Of a stretch of DNA of 64,000 nucleotides, positions 11,913 through 23,141 are shown piece by piece. The notes beneath the pieces are model-generated. The model made no database searches. It was not told the origin of the DNA and was given only the letters and a program-made list of their open reading frames with translations. How positions within the stretch are numbered: position 1 is the stretch's first letter; each line of letters begins with the position of its first letter. This DNA comes from Octopus sinensis (Eukaryota), in the NCBI RefSeq assembly GCF_006345805.1, contig NC_043004.1, positions 41,168,001 to 41,232,000 on the forward strand. Reading direction: 5' to 3'. The position numbers and the translations under genes are program-made.

Positions 11913-13983
11913 ATGATGTTGTCCTCAGTGACGAACTATGGTCATCCCTCAAAGCATATGTAATCTGTTTGACTGACAGGCAGTTCCCGTTGGGCTTCCC
12001 AAGAGGAAGAAACACAAGGCCTGGGTGACGAGAGGGTTAAACGAGAACGTCGACTCAGAGATATTGCTTGGGCTGAATCAAAAATCTGGATTCGACTGCA
12101 GCTTTTGAGGTGTACAAAACACAACGAGACCGAGCCGTGAAAATCGAAAAGAAAGAACGCTTCAGTTATGAATACAAAATGCAGCAAATGCCAGTAGCAA
12201 TCCAAAACCTTCTTGCCCATGTCCAGCGGAATTCCCGCTTGAACAACCAGATTGCAACGTTGGTAGACTCAACAGGCGTATCGATTGAGGACCCTTATCA
12301 ACAGAGTCAATTATTTGCCGAGGCATTTTCAACTATTTTCAAACAAGATGATGGTCGTGAACCCCCTCCATTTGATAGATCGGTACCTCCAATGCTTCGA
12401 TTGGTCATCACGCGGGACGAAGTCAAACGTGTCATTCAAGGCCTCGATGTCAACAAGGGTCACGGCCCTGACGGCATACACCCACGGGTTATCAAAGCGT
12501 TGGCTCCGGTCATCTGCGAGCCCTTAACGCGACTATTCAATATGTCATTGGCGACGGGTGTTATACCTGCAGACTGGAGAACAGCGATAATCTGCCCAAT
12601 TTTCAGAAAGGGAGCCGCGAAGACCCGCTTAACTACCTACGGTTTCCCTTACATCAATAATCAGCGAGATGTTCGAAACCATCCTTAAGAAAAGTATGAT
12701 GCTCCACCTCCTAAACACAGCCTCTATCTCTGATTCCCAACACGGCTTCGTGCCGAAGAGATCATGCTTGACCAACTTACTAGTAATGGAAGAATTGGTG
12801 ACGCGCATCCTCGATGATAGTGATGCTGGTTGACATCGTTTTACTGGACTTTGCCAAAGCTTTTGACTCGGTAAACCACCGCCTATTACTTGTCAAGCTT
12901 CAAGCATATAGTTTCCATCCGGATATTGTACGATGGGTTGGTGCCTTCCTCTCAGATCGCTCCTTCCAAGTCCAAGTTAATGGTTCGCGGTCCGACGTCT
13001 CCAGTGCGAGCAGTGGCGTGCCTCAAGGTTCAGTGCTTGGGCCCTTGTTGTTCTTAGTCTTCATAAATGACTTGCCCGACGACCTCACGCAACACACCCT
13101 TCTATTTGCCGACGATATCAAACTGGTCGCTCCTCGCGGTAATATAGAGGATCTTCGTCGATGCCTCCACCAAATTTGGAAGTGGTCTAACGATTGGGAC
13201 CTGTGTCTGAACGTGTCAAAGTGCTGTCATCTGCCTGTCGGCTCTACTCCTGCAACTCAACTTGATTTCGAGCCGGGTCGTCTGCTGCTGGAGAGGACCG
13301 ATCAGGTAAAGGACCTAGGTATCTTGGTGGATTCCTCCTTTTCGCCTTCGGCCTAGTGCGTCCATGCTGCCAACAAAGCACGCGGAATTCTGTTCTTGAT
13401 TCGACGGTCATTCGGAATGCTCACAGCAGCCATATTCCTACCACTCTATGTCACGCTGGTGAGATCCATATTGGAGTATGGGATTCAAGCCTCTTCTCCT
13501 TATCTCCTCAAAGACATACAGCATCTCGAAAGAGTCCAGAAGCTGGCTACCCGCATGGTTCATGGTCTCAAAAATTTGTCCTACGAAGAAAGGCTGAGGA
13601 CGCTCGACCTTTATTCTCTTGAAAAACGCCGCCGCTGTAGTGATCTCATTCTCGCCCACAACATCATAAGCGGAAAGTGTAACCTCTCAAAAGAGCTGTT
13701 CTTCACTCCTGCTCCAGAGCGTCGGCTGTGGGGTCATTCCGAAAAGCTCTACCTGCGACGATTTCATCTCAATCGAAGGAGAGGAGCTTTCTCCGTCCGG
13801 GTTGCGGATCCGTGGAACAAGCTGCCAGACGAGATGGTAAAGATGCCGACGACCGCCTTGTTCAAAGCCTCCCTGGACCTCAAGTGGCCTGAACTCTTTA
13901 CATGAACACCACCCTGTACTTAACTCCATGTCCCCTTACATGGCCTTGCTATTTGCTTTTGAGCCAAATTAACTAACCAACTA
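11913..13983 (+). mobile_element. CR1-group LINE, 5'-truncated, nested in another CR1-group element
   Basis: KGHGPDGIHP, DWRTAIICPIFRKG, LDFAKAFDSVNH, GVPQGSVLGPLLF, LFADD, ERVQKLATRMV, YSLEKRR; (ctaac)n-like tail; flanked by acctg (11908-11912 / 13984-13988); few disablements. Confidence 0.93.
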
Positions 13984-14495
13984 ACCTGTGAAACTTTTGT
14001 ATCATCTGCATAACTTGTGATCATGGCTCTCTGCGTGGCTGAGGGCATGTCCGAGAGGGCCATTATGAATAGTAGTGGTCCCAAAACAGTTCCCTGCGGA
14101 ACACTGCTCACTATTTGCGTGTTAATGGAGGTGGCCCCATTGGCTACTACCACCTGACTTCTATCCTTCAGAAAGTCATGAAGCCATTCTCCCAATTTTC
14201 CAACTATGCCGAGATCACGCAGTTTGTGACATATCATTCCATGATCGACATTATCAAAGGCCTTCGCAAAGTCGAGATATATCACTTCCACACTTGAGTG
14301 GTTGAGCAGTTGTTTCAGCACCCATTCATAGTGTTGTAGGAGCTGAGTTAGGCAGCTTCTTCCTGGTCGGAAACTATGTTGGGTGTCAGGCAGCAAGGTA
14401 TTTTCTTCAAGGAAGCCGATTAGTTTCCTTCTGACTCTTTGTTCCATGACCTTACTGATGTGTGAGGTCAGAGAGATAGGTCTGTAGTTCTTATC
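13984..14495 (-). mobile_element. CR1-group LINE RT, 5' part of the split element
   Basis: QHSFRPGRSCLTQLL, YLDFAKAFDNVDHG, VPQGTVLGPLLF, YADDTKVSQ ending exactly at the insertion junction. Confidence 0.9.
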
Positions 14496-14837
14496 AATTT
14501 TTCAGTTAGAGGGCTCGCACTTTATATGGTTATTCAAAACTGTCCAAGGGTGGTCGTGCACATCTTTACATTTCCCCAGTCACCCCGCAAAGCCATTAAA
14601 AAATCAATAGATGTGACATTTTTGTGAATTTTCTGTCCAAAACCCAATCAAAATGCCCAAAACTTGATACGCCAATTGAATGCCAGCTAGCTGTATGAGA
14701 CTGATTGGAGATTTGGACAGTACTCGCGTGTATGTGCGCATGCACGCAGCTGTATATGCATGCACTAGCACTATGACCCGGTGACGCCAGGTCATAGTGC
14801 TAGTAAGTTTACAATAAGCAAGTTAATCAAGTACTAT

Positions 14838-15248
14838 ACTCTTTTACTCTCTTTTACTTATTTCAGTCATTTGACTGTGGCCATGCTGGAGCACCGCCTT
14901 TAATCAAGCAAATTGACCCCGGGACTTATTCTTTGTAAGCCCAGTACTTATTCTATCGGTCTCTTTTGCCAAACCGCTAAGTGACAGGGACATAAACACA
15001 CCAGCATTGGTTGTCAAGCAATGCTAGGGTGACAAACACAGACACACAAACATATATACACACGTACATATATATATATATACGACAGGCTTCTTTCAGT
15101 TTCCGTCTACCAAATCCACTCACATGACTTTGGTCGGCCCGAGGCTATAGTAGAAGACAATTGCCCAAGGTGCCACGCAGTGGGACTGAAGCTGGAACCA
15201 TGTGGTTGGTAACCAAGCTACTTTTCACACAGCCACTCCTGCGCCTAT
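14838..15248 (-). mobile_element. SINE family A
   Basis: Full copy, reverse orientation. Confidence 0.88.
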
Positions 15249-15812
15249 GCTTTCACTGATAAAGAGATATGTTAAATAAAGTCATAAAATGATAAGCTTG
15301 TTGTTTAAATAAGGAAATACTTTTCTATCTATACTCCAGGAGATTTTATTGTCACTTAATTTCCATACATTTTAAGCTGAGGATGTGATTCAAACATTAA
15401 ATGATAAGACAATTGTGTACGAGACGAAGAGACAAAACACAAAAACACAAACGAAAACGTGATGCTTGTGGAAGCACCTACATTGGAATGGAGTTGAAAA
15501 AATTCCAAATTCATAGATATTTACGAATATGGAAAATTGTTATCTAATGAATGTGAGTGGTGCAGAAACATATGCATGAAGAAATTATATGAATTTCCAT
15601 CCACAAGTTATTATTGTTATTATATTTACCCTAAGCTGAAAGGAGTTCCATGCTGTGTAATCATACTGTCCGATTACCTGGGGAGGTGGAATTAACAGGT
15701 GGTAGGTGACAAAGAGGAGCATAGGAGCTTTTAAGAGCACTTCCAAGACCTTTGCCCAAACAAAAGTAAATGGATATATATGTATAATTAGGACATTATT
15801 TACATATATATA

Positions 15813-15856
15813 CAGGCATATGGCGTAGTGGTTAAGAGCGCGGGCTACTAACCCCA
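15813..15856 (+). mobile_element. head-only fragment of tRNA-headed element E
   Basis: ggcatatggcgtagtggttaagagcgcgggctactaacccc matches the head at 21930. Confidence 0.65.
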
Positions 15857-16106
15857 ATTGTTTCTAACACAGTGGAGGAGGGTGATATCACAACATCACC
15901 TCCCTCTTCCTTCATCCTTTTAAAATATTCCTGCAACATATCTGCCGAGATATCAATATTTTCGGTTGCCACTGCGGCAACTGCCGAAAACTTTTTCACA
16001 GTGTTGGCGCAATTGCCAACATCAACATTGCTCTCTACAAGAGCACATTTTTCTCAAATGATTTCAACCGAAATGGTTGAAATAAGTATAATTCAAGAAA
16101 AATTGG

Positions 16107-16543
16107 GGATCTTTTCCGTTTGAACGGCAGTTTTTAACATAATTTCTAGGTAACTAAATATTTTAAACGTCGTATACTGGTAGAATGTGTTTATAAAACA
16201 TCTTTTTCTCTTGGCTTTATTGAGAAAATTCTATAGTTTGTAAGATATTTGTTGTTTTTTTCCTTCAATTTCTGCAATTTCAACCAATCAGTGACGTCTA
16301 TTGTGTTAAAAAGCATTCTGTGCCATATGAATATGTCCCTCGTTTAAGAAACAGATTGGGTTTAATTTACATTTGTGAAGAAAAAAAGATACCTTTCCCC
16401 CACTCCTAACCCTTACCCTAATCCTAACTAACCCTAACCCTAAAAGAGATTGAAATGCAATAGATCGAATCTAGGGTCATAATTATGGGTGACATTTCAT
16501 ATGACACTGCTAGAAAAAACTGCCGTTCAAACTGAAAAGATCC
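16107..16543. mobile_element. MITE family M (28-bp TIR GGATCTTTTCGGTTTGAACGGCAGTTTT, 8-bp TSD)
   Basis: TIRs at both ends; flanks aaaattgg / gaaattgg; internal (ccctaa)n tract. Confidence 0.9.
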
Positions 16544-17214
16544 GAAATTGGCTTCCCACAAAACTGGGAAACCTATAGAAAAGGTTTTCCTCTCGCAGAG
16601 GACAAAAATAATCAATTTGTATTACAGCAGTCCAAAGTTCAAATTCCACTCCCGCTGGGGGGGCCAGACGTTGCAACAAAGTCTACAATTTTCGAAATTA
16701 ATTTTTTCCACACAATAATGAAATATAGAATCCCCAAAAAGGAGAAACCTATAATATTTTTTTCTCTCACGAGGACAACAGTTCAAATCTCATCTATGCA
16801 ACGGGCGGATGCCACAATAGAGCCAACAACGGCTAAAATTTAAATTTTCTAGCAATAATTAATTGCTTATGCCAAAAAACCTATAATATTTTTTTCCTTT
16901 TAATGAGGATAAAAGTTCAAATTCCACCCCCGCTGCGGGGGGGGGGGGGCACGACAATAAAGCCTACAAGTTCAATATTAATAATATTAATAACTTCAAT
17001 ATTTCAACAATTACTCCTTCCCGTCACCGGGAAAAAGCACAAAAATTTTCAAAGTTCACGAAAATATTCAACAATAAACATTCAACAATAGAAAAATTAT
17101 CCACGTACAACAAAACGTTTGACTCACCGCCGAAAAAAGACGTCTGTCCACAACAAAGGTAAACGAGCTACTTACCCCACAGCCACTACTGCGCCTATTA
17201 TGTATGTATATATT

Positions 17215-17580
17215 TCTTTTATTCTTTTACTTGTTTCAGTCATTGACTGTGGCTGAGCTGGAGCACCACTTTGAAGGGTTTTAGTCAAACAAATCGACTC
17301 TTGGTACTTATTCTATCAGTCTCCTTTGCCAAGCTGCAAAATTACAGGGGTGTAAACACACCAACACTGGTTTTTGAAGCAGTAATAGGAGGTGGGGCAA
17401 ACAAAGATACCATACACACATACACACACACACACACACACACATACAACAGGCTTCTTTAAGTTTCTATCTACCAAATTCACTCACAAGGCTTTGGTTG
17501 GCCTGTGGCTATAGAAGACGCCTGCCCAAAGTGCCATGCAATGGGACTGAACCCGGAACTATGTAGTTGGGAAGCAAACA
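17215..17580 (-). mobile_element. SINE family A (plus head fragment at about 17163-17197)
   Basis: Diverged reverse copy. Confidence 0.8.
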
Positions 17581-18214
17581 CACACATATATATGTGTGTA
17601 TAGACGTACATATATATATACTGTGTGATATGATTTTCAATAAGTAGCATAGCACTCAGTCAGTTAAGAGAGTAAAGATATCATTATAAGGCTTGTGAAA
17701 TACGGCTACCCAGGGTTTCCTGGTTAAAATATTAACTTATTTTGACATTTAACAGGCAGGTAAATGCACATGTTTATCTAAATGCTGACTGCATCAAATG
17801 CAGTAAACCAAACTGCCTTGTTTTTATTAGCTTGATAAATAGCATAATTAATGAATATTTTGGTTAGGAATCCTTGGGTCGCTATATTTCACAAGGTTTT
17901 GTTTTGGTTTTTATTATGATGATGATAATGATGATTTCAAATTTTGACAAAAGACGAAAAACATTTTTCCTGGCATGCTAATGATTCTGCCAGCTCACTG
18001 CTTAATAATAATAATAATAATTTCTATGTAATCCCAAGGTTTAAAACAAACATAATTTTCGTTTTTTTTTTTTAGACATTCACTAGACAACACAAAAAAC
18101 CCCCCAAATATATAGGCATAACAACAACATGAACTTCCAACCTGTTGTCTCTTGAGGTCTCTGGGTGAGACTTGGAGCCAACTTGTACAAATATAAAGCA
18201 AAAGTCAAAACATA

Positions 18215-18271
<57 letters not shown>

Positions 18272-18274
18272 TGA

Positions 18275-18492
18275 TAATAATAATTTCTATTATAGTCACA
18301 AGAACTGAAATTTGGGGGGAGGGGGTTAGTCGATTATATTGACCCTAATGTTTCACTGGTATTCAATTTATCAACCCCAAAAGGATGAAAGGCAAAGTCG
18401 AACTTCACGTAATTTGAACTCAGAACATGGTAGCAGGCGAAATACCGCTAAGCATTTTGTCCAGCGTGCTAACAATTCTGCCAGCTCACCAT
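18275..18492 (-). mobile_element. tRNA-derived SINE family C
   Basis: Reverse copy of ggtgagctggcagaa...gagttcaaatt...tttgcctttcatcctttcggggtcgataaattaagtaccag. Confidence 0.8.
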
Positions 18493-18733
18493 TAATAATG
18501 ATGTGTGTATGTATATATCAAATTAACGGACCTCTTGACCAAAGATATGAAGACAGGGAAGGCCCCTGGTCCATCAGGAGTTATTGCCAAGATGCTTAAG
18601 ATATCTGGTGGAGTTGAATACAGTCTAGTCCCCCACATGGTTAATCAGGAGGATGTAATCTCTATTGACTGGCACAGTAGCATCATAGTCAGCTGCTACA
18701 AGGGCAAGGGAGATGCCTTAGATAGAAGTAATT

Positions 18734-19113
18734 CTTCTTCTTCTTTATCCACTCAGTCAACTCTCGGTTACTCGTTGGATCAGTGTCCTCCAGTCAGTTC
18801 TATCCTGGGCTGCTTCTTTCAGATTGGCTATGTCCATTCCGGTATCACTCTTGATGGTGTCAAGCCAGTGGGTTCTTGGTCGGCTTCTTCCTCTCTTGCC
18901 ACTGACCATTCCAAGCATGATGTCCTTCTCCAGGGATTTTCTCCACATAATATGACCGAAATATGCCAATCTATGCTTGGTGATCCTAGCTTCTAGCGAC
19001 ATTTTCGGCCTGATCTGCTTAAGAACTTCTCCATTGGTGAGCCTCGCTGTCCATGGAATCCGTAAAAGTCTTCTCCAACGCCAAATCTCGAATGCATTAA
19101 TTCTCTTCTGGTC
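18734..19113 (-). mobile_element. RTE/BovB-type LINE 3' end, 5'-truncated
   Basis: KRINAFEIWRWRRLLRIPWTAR...YFGHIMWR...DRTDWR; (gaa)n tail; 10-bp TSD agaagtaatt (18724-18733 / 19114-19123). Confidence 0.92.
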
Positions 19114-19569
19114 AGAAGTAATTATAGAGGCATCAAATTGCTGGACCAAGTGATGAAAGTTACAGAGAGAGTTTATATTAATTAGGAACACAACAAGACT
19201 AAATGAAATGCAGTTCGACTTTGTACCAGGAAGAGGCACCGTGGATGTTATTTTCATAGTTAGGCAACTAAAAGAGAATTATTAAGCTAAAAACAAGCTG
19301 TTGTACTTGGTATCTGTTGATCTAGAGAAAGCCTTTGACAAAGTACCATGCTCTGTGATACGATGGGCTCTGAGGAAGCTAGAGATAGACGAATGATAAG
19401 TGAAAGCAGTACAGTACAGGCCATGTACGGGTGGGTGGGTGGCTGTTAGTAAGGTAAGAGTTGGTCATCAGTATAGTGATGGATTTAGTGTGTGAAGGTA
19501 GGTTTTCCTAAAATTTTCATTGCATCTTGCAACCTTTTCAATAGTCTTGACTCAAGACAATAAAAAAAA

Positions 19570-19798
19570 GGCGGTGAGCTGGCAGAAACGTTAGCACGCC
19601 GGGCAAAATGCGTAGTCGTATTTCATCTGGCATTACGTTCTGAGTTCAAACTCTGCCGAGGTCGACTTTGCCTTTCATCCTTTCGGGGTCGATAAATTAA
19701 GTACCAGTTACCACTGGTTTCGATGTAATCAACTTAATCCGTTTGTCTGTCCTTGTTTGTCCCCTCTATGTTTAGCTCCTGGTGGGTAATAAAGAAAC
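19570..19798 (+). mobile_element. SINE family C, full length
   Basis: A and B boxes; central cctttcatcctttcggggtcgataaattaagtacc, recalling the Meta-type SINE domain (from memory); tail gtgggtaataaagaaa; insertion bounded by TSD aggtaggttt (19496-19505 / 19799-19808). Confidence 0.88.
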
Positions 19799-20150
19799 AG
19801 GTAGGTTTCCAACAAAGGCCGGTCCTCAGCCCACACCTACTCACCATCGTCCTCCAGACCATAACAGGAATTTAAGATAGGAAACCCATGAGAACTACTG
19901 TATGTTGATGATCTTGCCCCAATAGCAGAATCTAAAACAGAATTAAAAAATAAATTCCAGGTGTGGAAACAGAACCTGGAATCAAAGGCTCTTAAAGTAA
20001 ACTTAGCAAGGATCCTTCACTCTTCTACTAAATAGCCCTGTTTGATATGTAGGAAATGCATAGGCAGAAATTCTGTTCGATGTACCCAGTGCAAGCTATG
20101 GACACACAAGAGATGCAGTGGGATAGTAGGAAGGTTAACAGAGAAAGTAG

Positions 20151-20563
20151 GGATCTTTTCGGTTTGAACGGCAGTTTTTTCTAGCGGTGTCATATGAAAT
20201 TGTCACTCATAATTATGACCCTAGTATCGATCTATTGCATTTCAATCTGTTTTAGGGTTAGGAGTGGGGGGAAGGGTATCTTTTTTTCTTCGCAAATGTA
20301 AATAAACCCAATCTGTTTCTTAAACAAGGGACATATTCATATGACACAGAATGTTTTTTTTTACCTCAATAGACGTCAGTGATTGGTTGAAATTGCAGAA
20401 ATTGAAGAAAAAAACAACAAATATCTTACAAACTATAGAATTTTCTCAATAAAGCCAAGAGAAAAAGATGTTTTATAAACACATTCTACCAGTATACGAA
20501 GTTTAAAATTTTTTAGTTGCCTAGAAATTATGTTAGAAACTGCCATTCAAACCAAAAAGATCC
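20151..20563. mobile_element. MITE family M
   Basis: TIRs plus perfect 8-bp TSD gaaagtag (20143-20150 / 20564-20571). Confidence 0.93.
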
Positions 20564-21270
20564 GAAAGTAGTATTTGTATGAAGATGTTTGGGAGTTATA
20601 ACTATGACAGAAACATGAGAAACTGATTTTCTTAAATGCCCTGGTGGATCTCTGAAAGTTGTAGATAATTTGTGCTACCTAAGTAACCTAATTAGCAACA
20701 GAAGAAGGAGGTTGTACAGACGGTATAATTGCTAGAATAAGAATAGGATGGAGAAAGTTCAGAGAGCTTTTACCAAAGGTGCCTCTCTTTCTCTCCAAGT
20801 GAAGGGAAAATTGTATGCTGCACATGTATGAACTGCAATGCTGAATGGTGGTGAGATGTGGGAGCTGAATGTAGAGGACATGCAAAGGTTGAAGAAGAAC
20901 AAAGTTGGTACGCTCCACTGGATATGCAATATCAGTATGCATGTAGAACAGAGCATAGATGTATTGAGAGAGAAGTTGGGCGTTAGAGGAATTATTTGCA
21001 GTGTGCAAGAGAGGAGAGTGTGCTAGTTTGGTCGTATGATGCAGATGGATGAGAACAGTTGCATAAAGAAGCACTGATTACTCAAAGAAGAGAGAAGTTG
21101 TTGAAGAGAGAGATTCAAGAAAGACATGAAATGAAGTATTAAAGTATTAAAGACCAATCTCAAAACGCTAAACCTTACAAAGGAGAGGGACAGAGGACGG
21201 AGATATGTGGTGCAATACTGTACTTGAAGAGACCCACCCAACACAACAGAATTGAGATTTTGAAACCAAG

Positions 21271-21450
21271 GTTCCATGTAAAAAGTACCCAGTACACTCT
21301 GTAAAGTAGCTGGCATTAGGAAGGGCATGCAGCCATAGAAACCAAGCCAAAACAGTCTATGGAATCCAGTGCAGTTTCTGGCTTCACCAGTTCCTGTCAA
21401 ACTGCCCAACCCATACCAGCGTGGAAAATGGACGTTAAATGCTGCTGCTG
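21271..21450 (+). mobile_element. SINE-like family D
   Basis: Diverged copy. Confidence 0.75.
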
Positions 21451-21929
21451 CTAATATATATATATATATAAAATTAGAAAATAACCACCTTTTATCAATT
21501 CAAAATGAACAATTAAATTACACCATCCAAAAAATTTCATATAATAGAAAAGTTAAAATTAAAATAATAATAAAATGTAAAGAATAAGTAAGGCGCAAAA
21601 ATAATAATAAAAACATATATAATATTATTATTATTTTTGCATTTTACTTATTCTTTACATTTAACTGTTATTTTAATTTTAACTTTTCTATTATTTGTAA
21701 TTTTCTGGATGGTGTAATTTAATTGTTCATTTTGAATTGATAAAAGGTGGTTATTTTCTAATTTTATATATATATATTATATTGTGTGAAATTTGATTCC
21801 TTATTCCTTAAGCATTTAAGCCAGCCATATCCTGTCTGAATATTCTACTGGTTTTATTTTATATTCAGATTGGCCAGATCTGGCTTCTCACACTGAATCT
21901 ACAATGTCATTCTAAAAATAAACAACCAT

Positions 21930-22340
21930 GGGCATGTGGTGTTGTAGTTAAGACCGTGGGCTACTAACCCCAAGATTCCGAGTTTGATTCCAGGCAGTGA
22001 CCTGAACAACAACAACATCAACAGCAGCAGCAACAGCAACAACAACAACAACAACATCGAAAAATACCTTAGGAATGAGAACCCAGGTTCAAAATTTTTC
22101 CGAGACACCTGATGAAGGGTGGAGGATATATCAGCTGAAACGTTGTGTTAACAACAAGCAAGATGAGGACAAATATCCGTCAAATGTAAATAGTGTAAAT
22201 AATGTACATATGGAGCCTGGTGCAGCCATCTGGCTCACCAGTCCCCAGTCAAACCGTCCAACCCATGCCAGCATGGGAAGCGGATGTTAAACGACGATGA
22301 TGATGAGGAGGAGAGATTCCTCATCTCTTAAATATAGAAC
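21930..22340 (+). mobile_element. tRNA-headed element E with (AAC)n spacer and hammerhead-bearing tail
   Basis: tRNA-like head 21930-22003, (aac/agc)n 22005-22056, tail with CTGATGA...GAAACGTT; a D fragment interrupts at about 22210-22310. Confidence 0.65.
22104..22149 (+). ncRNA. minimal type-I hammerhead ribozyme motif (degenerate stem II)
   Basis: gacac-CTGATGA-A-gggtg..cagct-GAAA-CGT-T-gtgtt: stem I gacac/gtgtt, palindromic stem III ACGT. Confidence 0.6.
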
Positions 22341-22494
22341 CACATCACTGAAATCTTGAAGTTACAAAATAATGCATGAATTAATTCAAAACATTTTTGA
22401 CTAAATAAGCATTATATTTGACAGAGTGAGCTGAATTATAAATAGTTAATAGGTGGCGGTAATAAAACCAATTAAATATATCTTAAAAATATAT

Positions 22495-22500
22495 TTTATT
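22495..22500 (-). terminator. candidate polyadenylation signal of the FAM78-like gene
   Basis: AATAAA on the - strand about 640 nt past the stop; motif only. Confidence 0.25.
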
Positions 22501-22782
22501 CCTGCAAAAATGTACCCGAATGCTTTTTATCATTTCTTGTACATTAAGATATCTAATGACCTGGATAGTTTAGATGATAACACTTGTGTGGCTTTATTCA
22601 TTATGTCTTTGTTACTTCCTCACAGAATTGCAGCTTTTAAATTCTGTTACCGTGTGTTAATATTATATATACATTCACATTCAACTTAAACAGAGCCTGT
22701 TGTATGTGTACATGTTTTTATATCTATACACATACATACAGATATGACTCATTAAAAAAAAAAAAAATTTATAAGAATATTT

Positions 22783-22814
<32 letters not shown>

Positions 22815-22943
22815 ATGTGTGTATGTGTGTGTGTGCATGTGTGTATGTGTATCTGTGTCTGTGAAAATATTGTTTAAAAAAAAATTATATGAGTAAATAT
22901 TTTTGAGTTTAAACTTTTGGAATGCTTAAAATATTTATAGTAA

Positions 22944-22979
<36 letters not shown>

Positions 22980-23141
22980 AATATATGAATGTATGTATAT
23001 GTCTCTCTCTCTATATATACATATGTTTTTATGTATATGTGTATTATATATATATATATATAGAAATATATATATACATATATATGCATGCATGTATGAA
23101 TGTAAGTTATGTATGTATGTAAATATATAATCAGCAGTTCA

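Larger units (their letters stand above)
18530..21245 (+). mobile_element. RTE-clade LINE remnant carrying three nested insertions
   Basis: GKAPGPSG, YKGKGDALDRSN/YRGIKLLD, DLEKAFDKVP, LYVDDL, CxxC..CxxCxxxTHKRC, LNGGEMWEL; rejoins across TSD-flanked inserts at 18734, 19506 and 20151. Confidence 0.88.

Noticed and set aside
16400-16445. (CCCTAA)n as a telomere or chromosome-fusion scar
   Set aside because: Short and degenerate, and at the same internal position in five MITE copies.
15813-22003. tRNA-like heads (15813, 21930 and all A/B/C/G heads) as real tRNA genes
   Set aside because: No complete cloverleaf or acceptor stem; each runs into a SINE body or is truncated.
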